A DNA stretch of 32,000 nucleotides, taken from Acaryochloris marina S15. GTDB taxonomy: Bacteria; Cyanobacteriota; Cyanobacteriia; Thermosynechococcales; Thermosynechococcaceae. The notes under the pieces were generated by a model. That model saw only the letters and a list, made by a program, of their open reading frames with translations, had not been told where the DNA came from and did no database searches. Shown piece by piece: positions 9,305-18,735 of the stretch (the first letter of the stretch is position 1; the number at the start of each line of letters is the position of its first letter). The DNA lies in NCBI RefSeq assembly GCF_018336915.1, contig NZ_CP064923.1, forward strand, positions 5,400,001-5,432,000, in the 5' to 3' direction. The position numbers and the translations under genes were made by a program.

Positions 9305-11275
9305 ATGTCACAACCCACGATTGAATCCATCCTGCAAGAACAGCGCCTGTTTCAACCGCCTGCAGACTTGGCGGCCCAGGCCGAAATCAAAAGTGCTGAG
9401 GAATATGAGCAGCTTTATGCCAAGGCAGAAGCTGATCCTCAAGCATTTTGGGCTGAACTCGCAGAGAAGGAACTGGACTGGTTTGAAAAATGGGATACGG
9501 TGCTGGACTGGCAGCCCCCCTTTGCCAAATGGTTTGTCGGGGGCAAGCTCAATATCACCTATAACTGCCTGGATCGTCACCTCAAAACCTGGCGACGCAA
9601 CAAAGCCGCTCTAATTTGGGAAGGAGAGCCAGGGGATTCTCGCACCCTGACCTATGCCCAACTCCATCGGGAAGTCTGCCAAACCGCCAACGTTCTCAAG
9701 CAGCTGGGAGTGGGCAAGGGCGACCGGGTGGGTATTTATATGCCGATGGTACCGGAAGCTGCGATCGCAATGTTGGCTTGTGCCCGCATCGGTGCCCCCC
9801 ATACCGTTGTCTTTGGTGGGTTTAGTGCGGAAGCCCTCAAAGATCGCCTCAACGATGCCGAAGCCAAGCTAGTAATTACCGCCGATGGTGGCTTCCGCAA
9901 AGATAAAGCCGTCCCTTTAAAAACAGCCGTCGACAAAGCATTAGCCGACAATGGTGCTCCCAGTGTTAAAAACGTGTTGGTGGTGCAGCGCACCAAAGCA
10001 GATGTGACGATGGCATCCGGTCGCGATCACTGGTGGCATGAGTTAGTACCGACGGCCTCAGCAGACTGCGCACCCGAACCCATGGACAGCGAAGATATGC
10101 TGTTCATTCTCTATACCAGTGGTACGACTGGAAACCCTAAAGGGGTGGTGCACACCACTGGCGGCTACAATCTCTACACCCATATGACCTGCAAGTGGGC
10201 CTTTGACCTCAAGGATAACGATGTCTACTGGTGTACGGCGGACGTGGGCTGGATTACTGGCCATAGCTATATTGTCTATGGCCCCTTATCCAATGGTGCT
10301 ACCTCTCTGATGTATGAAGGGGCTCCTCGGGCTTCCAATCCAGGCTGTTTCTGGGATGTGGTGGAAAAATATGGGGTCAATATCTTTTATACCGCTCCCA
10401 CCGCCATCCGAGCCTTTATTAAATTGGGCGATCAACATCCCCAAGCCCGCGACTTATCTTCTCTGCGAATTTTAGGCACCGTCGGTGAACCCATTAACCC
10501 GGAAGCCTGGATCTGGTATCAGCAGGTCATCGGCGGCGGCAAATGCCCGATCATTGATACCTGGTGGCAAACAGAAACTGGTGGCTTTATGATTACGCCC
10601 CTGCCGGGTGCAACTGCAACCAAGCCGGGCTCTGCCACCCGTCCCTTCCCAGGGATTTTGGCGGATGTTGTGGATTTGGACGGCAATCCTGTTGCAGACA
10701 ATGAAGGGGGCTATTTAGTGGTGCGCCATCCCTGGCCCAGCATGATGCGCACGGTTTATGGGGATGACGATCGGTTCCGTCGCACCTACTGGGAACATAT
10801 CCCTCCCAAAGACGGCAAGTATGTTTACTTTGCTGGAGATGGCGTCCGCCGAGACGAAGATGGGTACTTCTGGATCATGGGCCGCGTCGATGACGTGATC
10901 AATGTGTCCGGTCATCGCCTGGGTACAATGGAAATTGAATCGGCTCTGGTATCCCATCCAGCCGTAGCAGAAGCCGCCGTTGTCGGTCGTCCTGATGACC
11001 TCAAAGGGGAAGATGTGTTTGCCTTTGTCACTTTAGAAAATACCCATCCCCCCAGTGACGATCTCAAAGTTGAACTCAAGAAGCATGTGGTCAATGAGAT
11101 TGGCGTAATTGCTCGTCCCGGCGAGATTCGCTTTGCTGATGCCTTACCCAAAACCCGCTCTGGCAAGATTATTCGGCGGTTTTTGCGGAACTTAGCTAGC
11201 GGTGAGGACATTGCTGGCGATGCGTCCACTATGGAAGACCAAAGTGTTCTAGACAAACTCCGGCAAGGATCCTAG
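9305..11275 (+). CDS. acs: Acetyl-CoA synthetase (AMP-forming)
   Basis: 656 aa. AMP-binding signature [11 protein letters not shown]. Also WWQTETGG, the C-terminal [11 protein letters not shown] motif, and a typical Acs N-terminus ([17 protein letters not shown]). Confidence 0.95.
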   Translation: MSQPTIESILQEQRLFQPPADLAAQAEIKSAEEYEQLYAKAEADPQAFWAELAEKELDWFEKWDTVLDWQPPFAKWFVGGKLNITYNCLDRHLKTWRRNKAALIWEGEPGDSRTLTYAQLHREVCQTANVLKQLGVGKGDRVGIYMPMVPEAAIAMLACARIGAPHTVVFGGFSAEALKDRLNDAEAKLVITADGGFRKDKAVPLKTAVDKALADNGAPSVKNVLVVQRTKADVTMASGRDHWWHELVPTASADCAPEPMDSEDMLFILYTSGTTGNPKGVVHTTGGYNLYTHMTCKWAFDLKDNDVYWCTADVGWITGHSYIVYGPLSNGATSLMYEGAPRASNPGCFWDVVEKYGVNIFYTAPTAIRAFIKLGDQHPQARDLSSLRILGTVGEPINPEAWIWYQQVIGGGKCPIIDTWWQTETGGFMITPLPGATATKPGSATRPFPGILADVVDLDGNPVADNEGGYLVVRHPWPSMMRTVYGDDDRFRRTYWEHIPPKDGKYVYFAGDGVRRDEDGYFWIMGRVDDVINVSGHRLGTMEIESALVSHPAVAEAAVVGRPDDLKGEDVFAFVTLENTHPPSDDLKVELKKHVVNEIGVIARPGEIRFADALPKTRSGKIIRRFLRNLASGEDIAGDASTMEDQSVLDKLRQGS

Positions 11276-11309
11276 CGCCTGCAAGAGGAAAACCGTATAC
11301 GGTCTATTC

Positions 11310-11357
11310 GGTGTAGTTTTACCCCATCTCTGCGGGTAATCTACACCAGATTTTTTT
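11310..11357 (+). terminator. Rho-independent terminator of acs
   Basis: ggtgtag(tt)ttaccc-catctctgc-gggtaa(t)ctacacc gives 13 bp of stem in two segments. It is followed by aga and TTTTTTT (11351-11357), 35 nt after the acs stop. Confidence 0.75.
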
Positions 11358-11401
11358 GGGTGGGTCTGGGAGAATGAAATCACTGAAGTACAGGACCTTC
11401 A

Positions 11402-11686
11402 ATGAAACAACCCTCCTTGTTTAAGCTGTTTCAAGACGCCTTTCGCCAAGGCATTCGTCATCCAAAATATCGCTGGGCTCTGATCGCGGGCACCCTATTT
11501 TATCTGGTCAGCCCGTTAGATATTGCCCCTGATGTTTTACCTATCGTGGGTTGGATTGATGACGGTGTACTGGTAACCTTCCTGATTTCTGAAGTCTGTC
11601 AGCTCATGTTAGAGAACAAGAAAAACGGCACCTCAGAAGACACGTTTGAAGCCGCAATTGATATTGAAGCAAACCCCGTTGTTTAG
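11402..11686 (+). CDS. DUF1232 (YkvA-like) small membrane protein
   Basis: 94 aa. Motif YLVSPLDIAPDVLPIVGWIDDGVLV is typical of DUF1232. Confidence 0.75.
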   Translation: MKQPSLFKLFQDAFRQGIRHPKYRWALIAGTLFYLVSPLDIAPDVLPIVGWIDDGVLVTFLISEVCQLMLENKKNGTSEDTFEAAIDIEANPVV

Positions 11687-11727
11687 TCGCCTCACCCAAC
11701 AACTTGCAGCACTGGAGATTTTTACAG

Positions 11728-12273
11728 ATGGACAACACCACCCCCATGAACTCTACATTTGACCAAATTAAAACTGAAAGTGGGACTCGCAGCCAGCGGA
11801 TTGGCAAGATCCTCAAGGATGCCTTTACTCAAACATCAGCAGAATTGAAAGAAGGGTATACCATTGTTCGCCCCCTAGCTGCTGAAATGTCTGCCACGGT
11901 CGCTGCAGACTTAAAAGACAAGCGCCATCAAGCCTCTAGTAACTTCCAAGAAGCCTGGGGTAAAGAGACAGACTCAAAGTCAACCTGGGAACGTTTGCAA
12001 AGAGTCTTCCAGGTCATGGCCAATGCGATTCAAAAGACCTTCGCTCCTCCCCTGCAAAAACAGGCCACTCGCGTCGATACCAAATTCACTGACCAGTATG
12101 GTGGCTCCTACACATCCATAAAGCACGGACTCCAGTCTCTTAAAAACTGGTACGTCAATGCTACGGATGCTGCCACCCCTGCTGATTCATCCACCCAGCC
12201 CCTAACTGTGGTGACCCATGACAACGTCACGGTGGATGTGGTCGCCTCCCCCATCGAGGCTCCGGTTCAGTAA
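11728..12273 (+). CDS. Hypothetical protein
   Basis: ORF open from 11704 (TTG). The first ATG is at 11728 (MDNTTPMNSTF...). No recognisable domain. Same orientation as, and close to, the DUF1232 gene. Confidence 0.55.
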   Translation: MDNTTPMNSTFDQIKTESGTRSQRIGKILKDAFTQTSAELKEGYTIVRPLAAEMSATVAADLKDKRHQASSNFQEAWGKETDSKSTWERLQRVFQVMANAIQKTFAPPLQKQATRVDTKFTDQYGGSYTSIKHGLQSLKNWYVNATDAATPADSSTQPLTVVTHDNVTVDVVASPIEAPVQ

Positions 12274-12415
12274 ATCTGTGGGCATGGATTCAGCCCCTAA
12301 GTCGCTCACTACACTTCCCTCTTCAGATCTTGAAAGACCTGACTCTGCCGCTAGGATAGAGTTGAGACTCCCTTCAAGTCTGGAGGGATTTTCTTTGTTT
12401 GAGTGATCATAGATT

Positions 12416-12922
12416 ATGGCTTCCCTGATCCAATCCCGTTCTTTAGAAGAGTTGCTGGTTACGGCGATTGCGATGGTTTCCAACCGGCCTGTGGCCATCG
12501 CAACTCAATCCCACATAAACCAATTCGATAAAGCAGGCAAACCCTACATTGATCACCCCCTGCGAGTGATGGGAGCGGGCAATACCCTCCCCGAGAAAAT
12601 TGTGGGTGTCCTCCATGATGCCGTGGAAGACTCAGAGTTAACCCTGGTGGCGCTCACTGAGGCAGGATTTCCCGCAGAGATTGTGGCTGCCATTGATGCA
12701 ATTACCAAACGCCAGGATGAACCCTATGACACTTACCTAGGCAGAGTCATGGCGAACTCCATCGCACTACGGGTCAAAATTGCAGATATGACAGACAACA
12801 TGGATATCAGCCGCATTGCCCAGCCAACGGATCAAGACTGGGCCAGATTGAAAAAATATGAAACCATCCTGCCGCGACTACGGCTGCAGCAAGAGCAGGG
12901 ATTAAAACGGCGTAAAGATTAG
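12416..12922 (+). CDS. Small HD-domain protein, RelA/SpoT-type (p)ppGpp hydrolase-like (small alarmone hydrolase-like)
   Basis: 168 aa. IDHPLRV ... VLHDAVEDS ... AIDAITKR ... VKIADMTDNM matches the H..HD..ED..N layout of the RelA/SpoT hydrolase HD domain. No synthetase domain. Confidence 0.7.
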   Translation: MASLIQSRSLEELLVTAIAMVSNRPVAIATQSHINQFDKAGKPYIDHPLRVMGAGNTLPEKIVGVLHDAVEDSELTLVALTEAGFPAEIVAAIDAITKRQDEPYDTYLGRVMANSIALRVKIADMTDNMDISRIAQPTDQDWARLKKYETILPRLRLQQEQGLKRRKD

Positions 12923-12992
12923 CAAAGCAGGTTGCTTGCCTAGTCAATAGAACACAACAATAGAGTTGAACGCTGAATTAGGCGATGTTTGA

Positions 12993-13361
12993 GTGAAGTT
13001 ATTTTCTGTTTTGATTGCTTTTAGCCGAAAAGCTGGCTTATGGATGGGTCTAATCGGGGTGTGGTTAGGGATCAATCTCTCCCCTGCCTGGGCTACTCCG
13101 CCTGAGGCCTCGGATGGAGCGATGCTCTTTGAGAACTACTGTGCAGGCTGCCATCCCAAAGGCGGCAATATTATTCGTCGCGGTAAAACCTTAAAACTAA
13201 AATCTCTCAAACGAGATAGTTATGACACCCTGGAACCCCTCACTGGTATAGTCACCGAGGGCCAAAACAATATGCCCGGATTTGCAGATAAGCTCGATAA
13301 TGCTCAAGTTGAGACCGTGGCCCAGTTTGTTCTAGAACAGGCTAACCACAACTGGAAATAG
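12993..13361 (+). CDS. c-type cytochrome, cytochrome c6-like
   Basis: 122 aa. Signal-like N-terminus ending SPAWA. Haem-binding CAGCH. A downstream Met ligand context (QNNMPGF), as in cytochrome c6 paralogs. GTG start. Confidence 0.8.
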   Translation: MKLFSVLIAFSRKAGLWMGLIGVWLGINLSPAWATPPEASDGAMLFENYCAGCHPKGGNIIRRGKTLKLKSLKRDSYDTLEPLTGIVTEGQNNMPGFADKLDNAQVETVAQFVLEQANHNWK

Positions 13362-13379
13362 GACTTTAGGAGTAGGCCC

Positions 13380-13964
13380 TTGACACCTTTGAATATCAAA
13401 ATCGCCACTCCAGCAGAAGCAGAGGACTGTCTAACGGTTCTGACCTTAGCCTTCTGCAATGATCCAGCCATCCGGTGGATGTTTCCACAGCCCGCTCAAT
13501 ATGCCCAAGGTTTACCGCTATTTGCCCAAGCTTTTGGCGGTGCCGCGTTTCAGCAGGGGACTGCATTCTATACAGAAGGGTTTGGGGCGGTTGCCCTCTG
13601 GCTACCGCCGACTGCTCAGCCGGATGAAGCAGCTCTAATGACCTTGATTCAGCAAGGCGTTGAGGCCAGCCAACAACCCGCCCTCACCTCTATTTTGGAA
13701 CAGCTCGGTGGGCACCATCCCCAAGAACCCCATTGGCATTTAGCGATTATCGGTACCGATCCGATCTGTCAGGGGCAAGGATGTGGATCTGCATTACTCA
13801 CCCATACCCTTGCGATCTGCGATCAACGGCAAGAGCTGGTGTATTTAGAAGCGACGAACCCTCGTAATGTTGCCCTGTATAAAAAGCATGGCTTTGAAGT
13901 ATTGGGTACAGTTCAGGCAGGGAATTCACCAACCCTCTATCCCATGCTCAGACAGCCACAATAA
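13380..13964 (+). CDS. GNAT-family N-acetyltransferase
   Basis: 194 aa. Acetyl-CoA binding-type segment ICQGQGCGSALL followed by YLEATNPRNVALYKKHGFE. TTG start. Confidence 0.75.
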   Translation: MTPLNIKIATPAEAEDCLTVLTLAFCNDPAIRWMFPQPAQYAQGLPLFAQAFGGAAFQQGTAFYTEGFGAVALWLPPTAQPDEAALMTLIQQGVEASQQPALTSILEQLGGHHPQEPHWHLAIIGTDPICQGQGCGSALLTHTLAICDQRQELVYLEATNPRNVALYKKHGFEVLGTVQAGNSPTLYPMLRQPQ

Positions 13965-14003
13965 ACCCTATAATTAATCTTCCCCTTAGCCAGGAGCGTT
14001 ATC

Positions 14004-14726
14004 GTGCCTACCCTTGGTGTCAATATCGATCATGTGGCGACTATTCGCCAAGCGCGTCGTACTGTGGAACCAGATCCAGTGGCAGCAGCGGTATTAGCAG
14101 AATTAGCGGGTGCTGATGGCATTACCGTGCATCTGCGGGAAGATCGGCGGCATATTCAGGATCGGGATGTCGAGGTGTTGCGAAAAACCGTCCGCACCCA
14201 CTTGAATTTGGAAATGGCGGCGACGGAGGAGATGGTTGCCATAGCACTTCGTATCCAACCCGATTATGTCACCCTGGTGCCGGAAAAGCGGGAGGAAGTG
14301 ACGACAGAGGGAGGGCTAGACATTGTAGGACAGCAAGCCCATATGGCCGATGTGGTCAAGACCTTACAAGCTGCCAATATTCCCGTTAGTCTGTTTATTG
14401 ATGCCGACACCGCCCAAATTGAAGCATCGGCTCAAGTACAGACTAAGTTTATCGAACTGCATACGGGGACTTATGCGGAAGCGAAAGGTGAAGTCCAACA
14501 GGCCCAGGAGTTGGAAGTGTTGAAACAGGGTTGTGAACTCGCCCTTGCATTGGGACTCCGAGTCAATGCTGGTCATGGTTTGACCTATTGGAATACCTAT
14601 CCCGTGGCCTGTCTACCGGGGATGGAAGAGCTAAATATTGGCCATACGATTATGAGTCGGTCGGTGTTGGTGGGTTTGGAACGAGCGGTGCGAGAAATGA
14701 AAGAAGTCATCGCAGGTCGAGGCTAG
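14004..14726 (+). CDS. pdxJ: Pyridoxine 5'-phosphate synthase
   Basis: 240 aa. N-terminus [15 protein letters not shown], then HLREDRRHI, then VNAGHGL. These are canonical PdxJ motifs. GTG start. Confidence 0.95.
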   Translation: MPTLGVNIDHVATIRQARRTVEPDPVAAAVLAELAGADGITVHLREDRRHIQDRDVEVLRKTVRTHLNLEMAATEEMVAIALRIQPDYVTLVPEKREEVTTEGGLDIVGQQAHMADVVKTLQAANIPVSLFIDADTAQIEASAQVQTKFIELHTGTYAEAKGEVQQAQELEVLKQGCELALALGLRVNAGHGLTYWNTYPVACLPGMEELNIGHTIMSRSVLVGLERAVREMKEVIAGRG

Positions 14727-15133
14727 GTTGACAGTGCCGTTACCTGCTGACATATCCAAGCACGCATAATTTAGGTCTAAATAGCAGATATCTTCACTGT
14801 TAGAGTTCTTCTCATTCTATCTGGGGGAAGATTCAGTGGGGCCTGTCAGGGATGAAACTTAAACAACAAGCCACAGTAAAGCTTCGGCAGGGTTTGCCTT
14901 TCGGATCGAAGACTTTATTGTCTTGGAATGATCAGCCTTGTCAATAAGATTGAGCAACCTGAAAAGAATTGGCCTATTCTTGGATTCCACTTGTGATAGA
15001 TAAATCATTACCCCCCGATATTTTTGCAACGCTAGAAAGCCCAGTTTATACAACCGCAATTTCTCCTAACGGGCAACAAGTCGTTGCAGGGTTAAAAGAT
15101 GGTTCTCTACATCTTTTCGATCTAGTGGAGGGC

Positions 15134-16746
15134 CAGCCCATCGGCCAACCCTTCGCGGGACATTCTGGCTATGTCTGGTCCGTCGCCTTCTCCCCTGATG
15201 GAAAAACCATCGTCAGTGGCAGTTATGACAACACCCTGCGCTTGTGGAATCTGGACGGACAGACCATCGGCCAACCCTTCTCGGGACATTCTGACACTGT
15301 CAGGTCCGTCGCCTTCTCCCCTGATGGAAAAACCATCGTCAGTGGCAGTGATGACAACACCCTGCGCTTGTGGAATCTGGACGGACAGACCATCGGCCAA
15401 CCCTTCGCGGGACATTCTGGCTCTGTCTGGTCCGTCGCCTTCTCCCCTGATGGAAAAACCATCGTCAGTGGCAGTTATGACAAAACCCTGCGCTTGTGGA
15501 ATCTGGACGGACAGACCATCGGCCAACCCTTCTCGGGACATTCTGACACTGTCAGGTCCGTCGCCTTCTCCCCTGATGGAAAAACCATCGTCAGTGGCAG
15601 TGATGACAACACCCTGCGCTTGTGGAATCTGGACGGACAGACCATCGGCCAACCCTTCGCGGGACATTCTGGCTCTGTCTGGTCCGTCGCCTTCTCCCCT
15701 GATGGAAAAACCATCGTCAGTGGCAGTTATGACAAAACCCTGCGCTTGTGGAATCTGGACGGACAGACCATCGGCCAACCCTTCTCGGGACATTCTGACA
15801 CTGTCAGGTCCGTCGCCTTCTCCCCTGATGGAAAAACCATCGTCAGTGGCAGTGATGACAACACCCTGCGCTTGTGGAATCTGGACGGACAGACCATCGG
15901 CCAACCCTTCGCGGGACATACTGGCTCTGTCAGGTCCGTCGCCTTCTCCCCTGATGGAAAAACCATCGTCAGTGGCAGTGATGACAAAACCCTGCGCTTG
16001 TGGAATCTGGACGGACAGACCATCGGCCAACCCTTCGCGGGACATTCTGGCTCTGTCTGGTCCGTCGCCTTCTCCCCTGATGGAAAAACCATCGTCAGTG
16101 GCAGTTATGACAAAACCCTGCGCTTGTGGAATCTGGACGGACAGACCATCGGCCAACCCTTCTCGGGACATTCTGACACTGTCAGGTCCGTCGCCTTCTC
16201 CCCTGATGGAAAAACCATCGTCAGTGGCAGTGATGACAACACCCTGCGCTTGTGGAATCTGGACGGACAGACCATCGGCCAACCCTTCGCGGGACATTCT
16301 GGCTCTGTCAGGTCCGTCGCCTTCTCCCCTGATGGAAAAACCATCGTCAGTGGCAGTGATGACAACACCCTGCGCTTGTGGAATCTGGACGGACAGACCA
16401 TCGGCCAACCCTTCGCGGGACATACTGGCTCTGTCAGGTCCGTCGCCTTCTCCCCTGATGGAAAAACCATCGTCAGTGGCAGTGATGACAACACCCTGCG
16501 CTTGTGGAATCTGGACGGACAGACCATCGGCCAACCCTTCGCGGGACATTCTGGCTCTGTCTGGTCCGTCGCCTTCTCCCCTGATGGAAAAACCATCGTC
16601 AGTGGCAGTTATGACAAAACCCTGCGCTTGTGGAATCTGGACGGACAGACCATCGGCCAACCCTTCTCGGGACATTCTGACACTGTCAGGTCCGTCGCCT
16701 TCTCCCCTGATGGAAAAACCATCGTCAGTGGCAGTGATGACAAAAC
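15134..16746 (+). repeat. Tandem array of ~12.8 near-identical 126-bp (42-codon) WD40 units with a 252-bp higher-order period
   Basis: Direct reading shows invariant blocks such as tccgtcgccttctcccctgatggaaaaaccatcgtcagtggcagt and accctgcgcttgtggaatctggacggacagaccatcggccaacccttc recurring every 126 nt. Differences are limited to 7 codons per unit. Confidence 0.95.
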
Positions 16747-17231
16747 AGTATGTTTGTGTAAACGCACCATTGAGAAAGACTTCAAACTCCTGTGGATGTG
16801 CCCTCCCATCATTGCCAAACCCATTAAAAATTTATCTGAGCTGATCGGCAATATCCTCATTTCTCAGGGAATCAAAAACGATCGAGCGTTTGGTCATGAT
16901 GCCTTAGATGTCGAGGATGAAATTAATGCTTTAACTGAAGTACTGCTACTCAGGAGTTTGACCCCTCCAGTTGCCGTCGGCCTATTAGGCAATTGGGGCA
17001 GTGGAAAATCGTTTGGCATGCATCTCATTCAATCCCAGATCAAGGCTCGACGACGCCAAGCACTGACATCAGAAGAAGCCTGGGGAAAGTGGAACCCCAG
17101 GCAAGAAGCACAGATTGAACGCATGTCACCATTTGTGGGTCATGTTTACCAGATTCAATTCAACGCCTGGACCTATGCCAAGTCCAATCTTTGGGCAAGT
17201 TTGATGCAGGAAATCTTTTATGAATTGAATC

Positions 17232-17240
17232 GACAAATTA
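17232..17240. repeat. Left copy of 9-bp target-site duplication GACAAATTA
   Basis: Identical 9-mer directly abuts both IS ends (17232-17240 and 18727-18735). Confidence 0.85.
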
Positions 17241-18726
17241 GGGCGTAAGCAAAGGATCGGGGATGCATGGCTCAAAGAAAAACGGGTCAAGGACAATAGA
17301 TCCTGTACCCGAACCAAAAAACTATCATGACCCTACCATCGCAATTGCTAACCGTGCTAGCCCATGACGAATTTCTAGAACAAACTGAAGCACTCAAAGT
17401 ATCAACCAGCCTGAGTCAGATGGTTTATATCGTTCTGCAAATGGGCTTGTTTCTAGCTCGCTGTCTTCTGGAGGATGAACTCTCAAGGCGCGCGAAAGCA
17501 GTATTTGTATGGCCTGTATGTACTACCTGCGGAACCCGCTTACATTCGAAGGGATGGGAATCTCGTCAGATGCAGACACTGGTAGGCACTATCTCTTGAA
17601 AGCGACGGGTGGGCCGTTGTCCCAAAGGATGTCCAGGCAGTCTGTTGACTCCCCTGGATCAAGCCATTGGGATTGCCCCCTATCAGCACAGCAGCGAAGA
17701 ACTGGTGCGTCTGGGCTGCTTGTTGAGTCTGTTCATGCCCTATGAACTGGCCAGTTGGATGCTGGGTCAGTGGAGTGGTCTATCCGTGAGTCCATCCAGT
17801 TTGTGGAACTGGGTGCAATCCGTGGGTAACAAAGCTCAGCAGGAATTAGAAGCTCAACTCAACGCTCAATCATCAGGGACTCAGGCCCCTTGTGAAGCGA
17901 TTTCAGAGATGTTATCTGCTCTACCTTTGGCCATTGCCGCCGATGGTGTGATGGTCCCCTTTCGCCCCACCCCGAACTCACCCAAGGGAAAAATCCAGTG
18001 GCGAGAAGTCAAAGTCGCCATCTTAGCTCGCCTGGGAACACGGGTTACCCGAGCTAAAAAGGAGGTCCCCCAATTACTGCGTCGAAGACTGGTGGCAGTA
18101 TTGGGCGATATCGACCAGTTCATCCCTTTACTTCAACTCGAAGCTCACAAACAAGACTTTGAATCTGCTCCAAAAGTCATCTGGCTCAGTGATGGGGGAC
18201 GAGGCTTCTGGCGAGTCTATCGCACCTTGTTCTCTCATTGTGCTGTGGCAGTCCTCGACTTTTTTCATTCAGCAGGCCATCTGGCACGAGCAACTAAAGC
18301 GATGTTTGGAGATGCCCGCTCTGCTCAAGCCCAAGCCTGGTTCCGGCACTGGCGACACCAATTGCGACACGGGCAACACCTACTTGTATTACGGTCCTTG
18401 ACGATATTGATTCACTCACAACTGTTAACGGGAAAGTCTTTTTCAACGTTGCTCCAGGTGCAGGCTTATTTCCAACGCCATCATAACCACATCCGTTATC
18501 GGCACTTTGAACAGCAACAGATTCCTCTCGGGTCAGGAATGGTTGAAAGTGCATGCAAGTGGTTGATTCAGCAGCGCTTTAAGGGAGTTGGCATGCGCTG
18601 GAGTGAGGATGGTTTCAACCATTTACTGATCTTGAGAATTGCCTGGGTCAATGAACGGTTTGACTCCTTATTCCCAGAGGTGACCATTCCGAAAACTAAG
18701 GCATCCCCGATCCGCTAAATACGCCC
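17241..18726 (+). mobile_element. Insertion sequence, 1486 bp, single DDE-type transposase (ISKra4-like; family assignment tentative)
   Basis: 26-bp imperfect terminal inverted repeats: left gggcgtaagcaaaggatcggggatgc (17241-17266), right gcatccccgatccgctaaatacgccc (18701-18726). 21/26 positions match by my alignment. Flanked by the 9-bp direct repeat GACAAATTA. Interrupts an otherwise continuous reading frame. Confidence 0.9.
17327..18718 (+). pseudogene. IS transposase reading frame interrupted by one in-frame TGA (17597-17599)
   Basis: ORFs 17327..17599 and 17609..18718 are in the same frame, separated only by TGA plus three sense codons (..TLVGTIS*KRRVGRCPKGC..). Cys-rich zinc-finger-like segment CTTCG...CPKGC. 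Candidate DDE residues in IAADGVMVPF, WLSDGGRGFW and GSGMVESACKW. Confidence 0.7.
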
Positions 18727-18735
18727 GACAAATTA
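18727..18735. repeat. Right copy of 9-bp target-site duplication GACAAATTA
   Basis: See left copy. It directly follows the right IR. Confidence 0.85.

Larger units (their letters stand above)
14969..17240 (+). pseudogene. 5' part of an IS-disrupted WD40(x14)-KAP P-loop NTPase gene (WD40 array + Walker A region)
   Basis: The ORF runs 8 nt into the IS and stops (..NRQIRA*). It has one divergent and 13 near-identical WD40 units (GH..V.SVAFSPDGKTIVSGS.D.TLRLWNL). Then KAP-type Walker A GNWGSGKS (16988-17011) and FNAWTY. No ATG start; candidates are TTG 14969 or GTG 14993. Confidence 0.85.

Noticed and set aside
14852-14947. 31-codon ATG ORF (MKLKQQATVKLRQGLPFGSKTLLSWNDQPCQ) just upstream of the WD40-KAP gene, considered as a leader peptide. 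Also the 66-aa minus-strand ORF 14859..15059.
   Set aside because: There is no supporting signal (RBS, conservation or motif). Both are too short to distinguish from chance.
15134-16746. Tandem repeat array considered as a CRISPR array or as a diversity-generating retroelement target/template pair.
   Set aside because: There are no unique spacers. The units are contiguous, 126 nt and in frame within a coding sequence. Substitutions are not adenine-specific (G/T, T/A, G/A and C/A changes are all seen), and there is no reverse transcriptase in the window.
15122-16860. Long ORFs in other frames across the WD40 array: 517 aa on the minus strand, 557 aa in another plus frame, and several 79-163 aa minus-strand ORFs.
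   Set aside because: They are periodic by-products of a 126-nt unit that happens to lack stops in those frames. Their products are low-complexity repeats with no domain signature, whereas the WD40 frame has canonical GH...WD-type repeats and continues into the KAP domain.
17597-17599. In-frame TGA in the transposase and another in hicB (31094-31096), considered as evidence for TGA reassignment or selenocysteine.
   Set aside because: TGA is used as a normal stop by well-supported genes here, for example the TPR gene at 3351-3353 and the 255-aa gene at 26201-26203. The hicB remnant also has a frameshift. Both affected genes are the kind that commonly decay.
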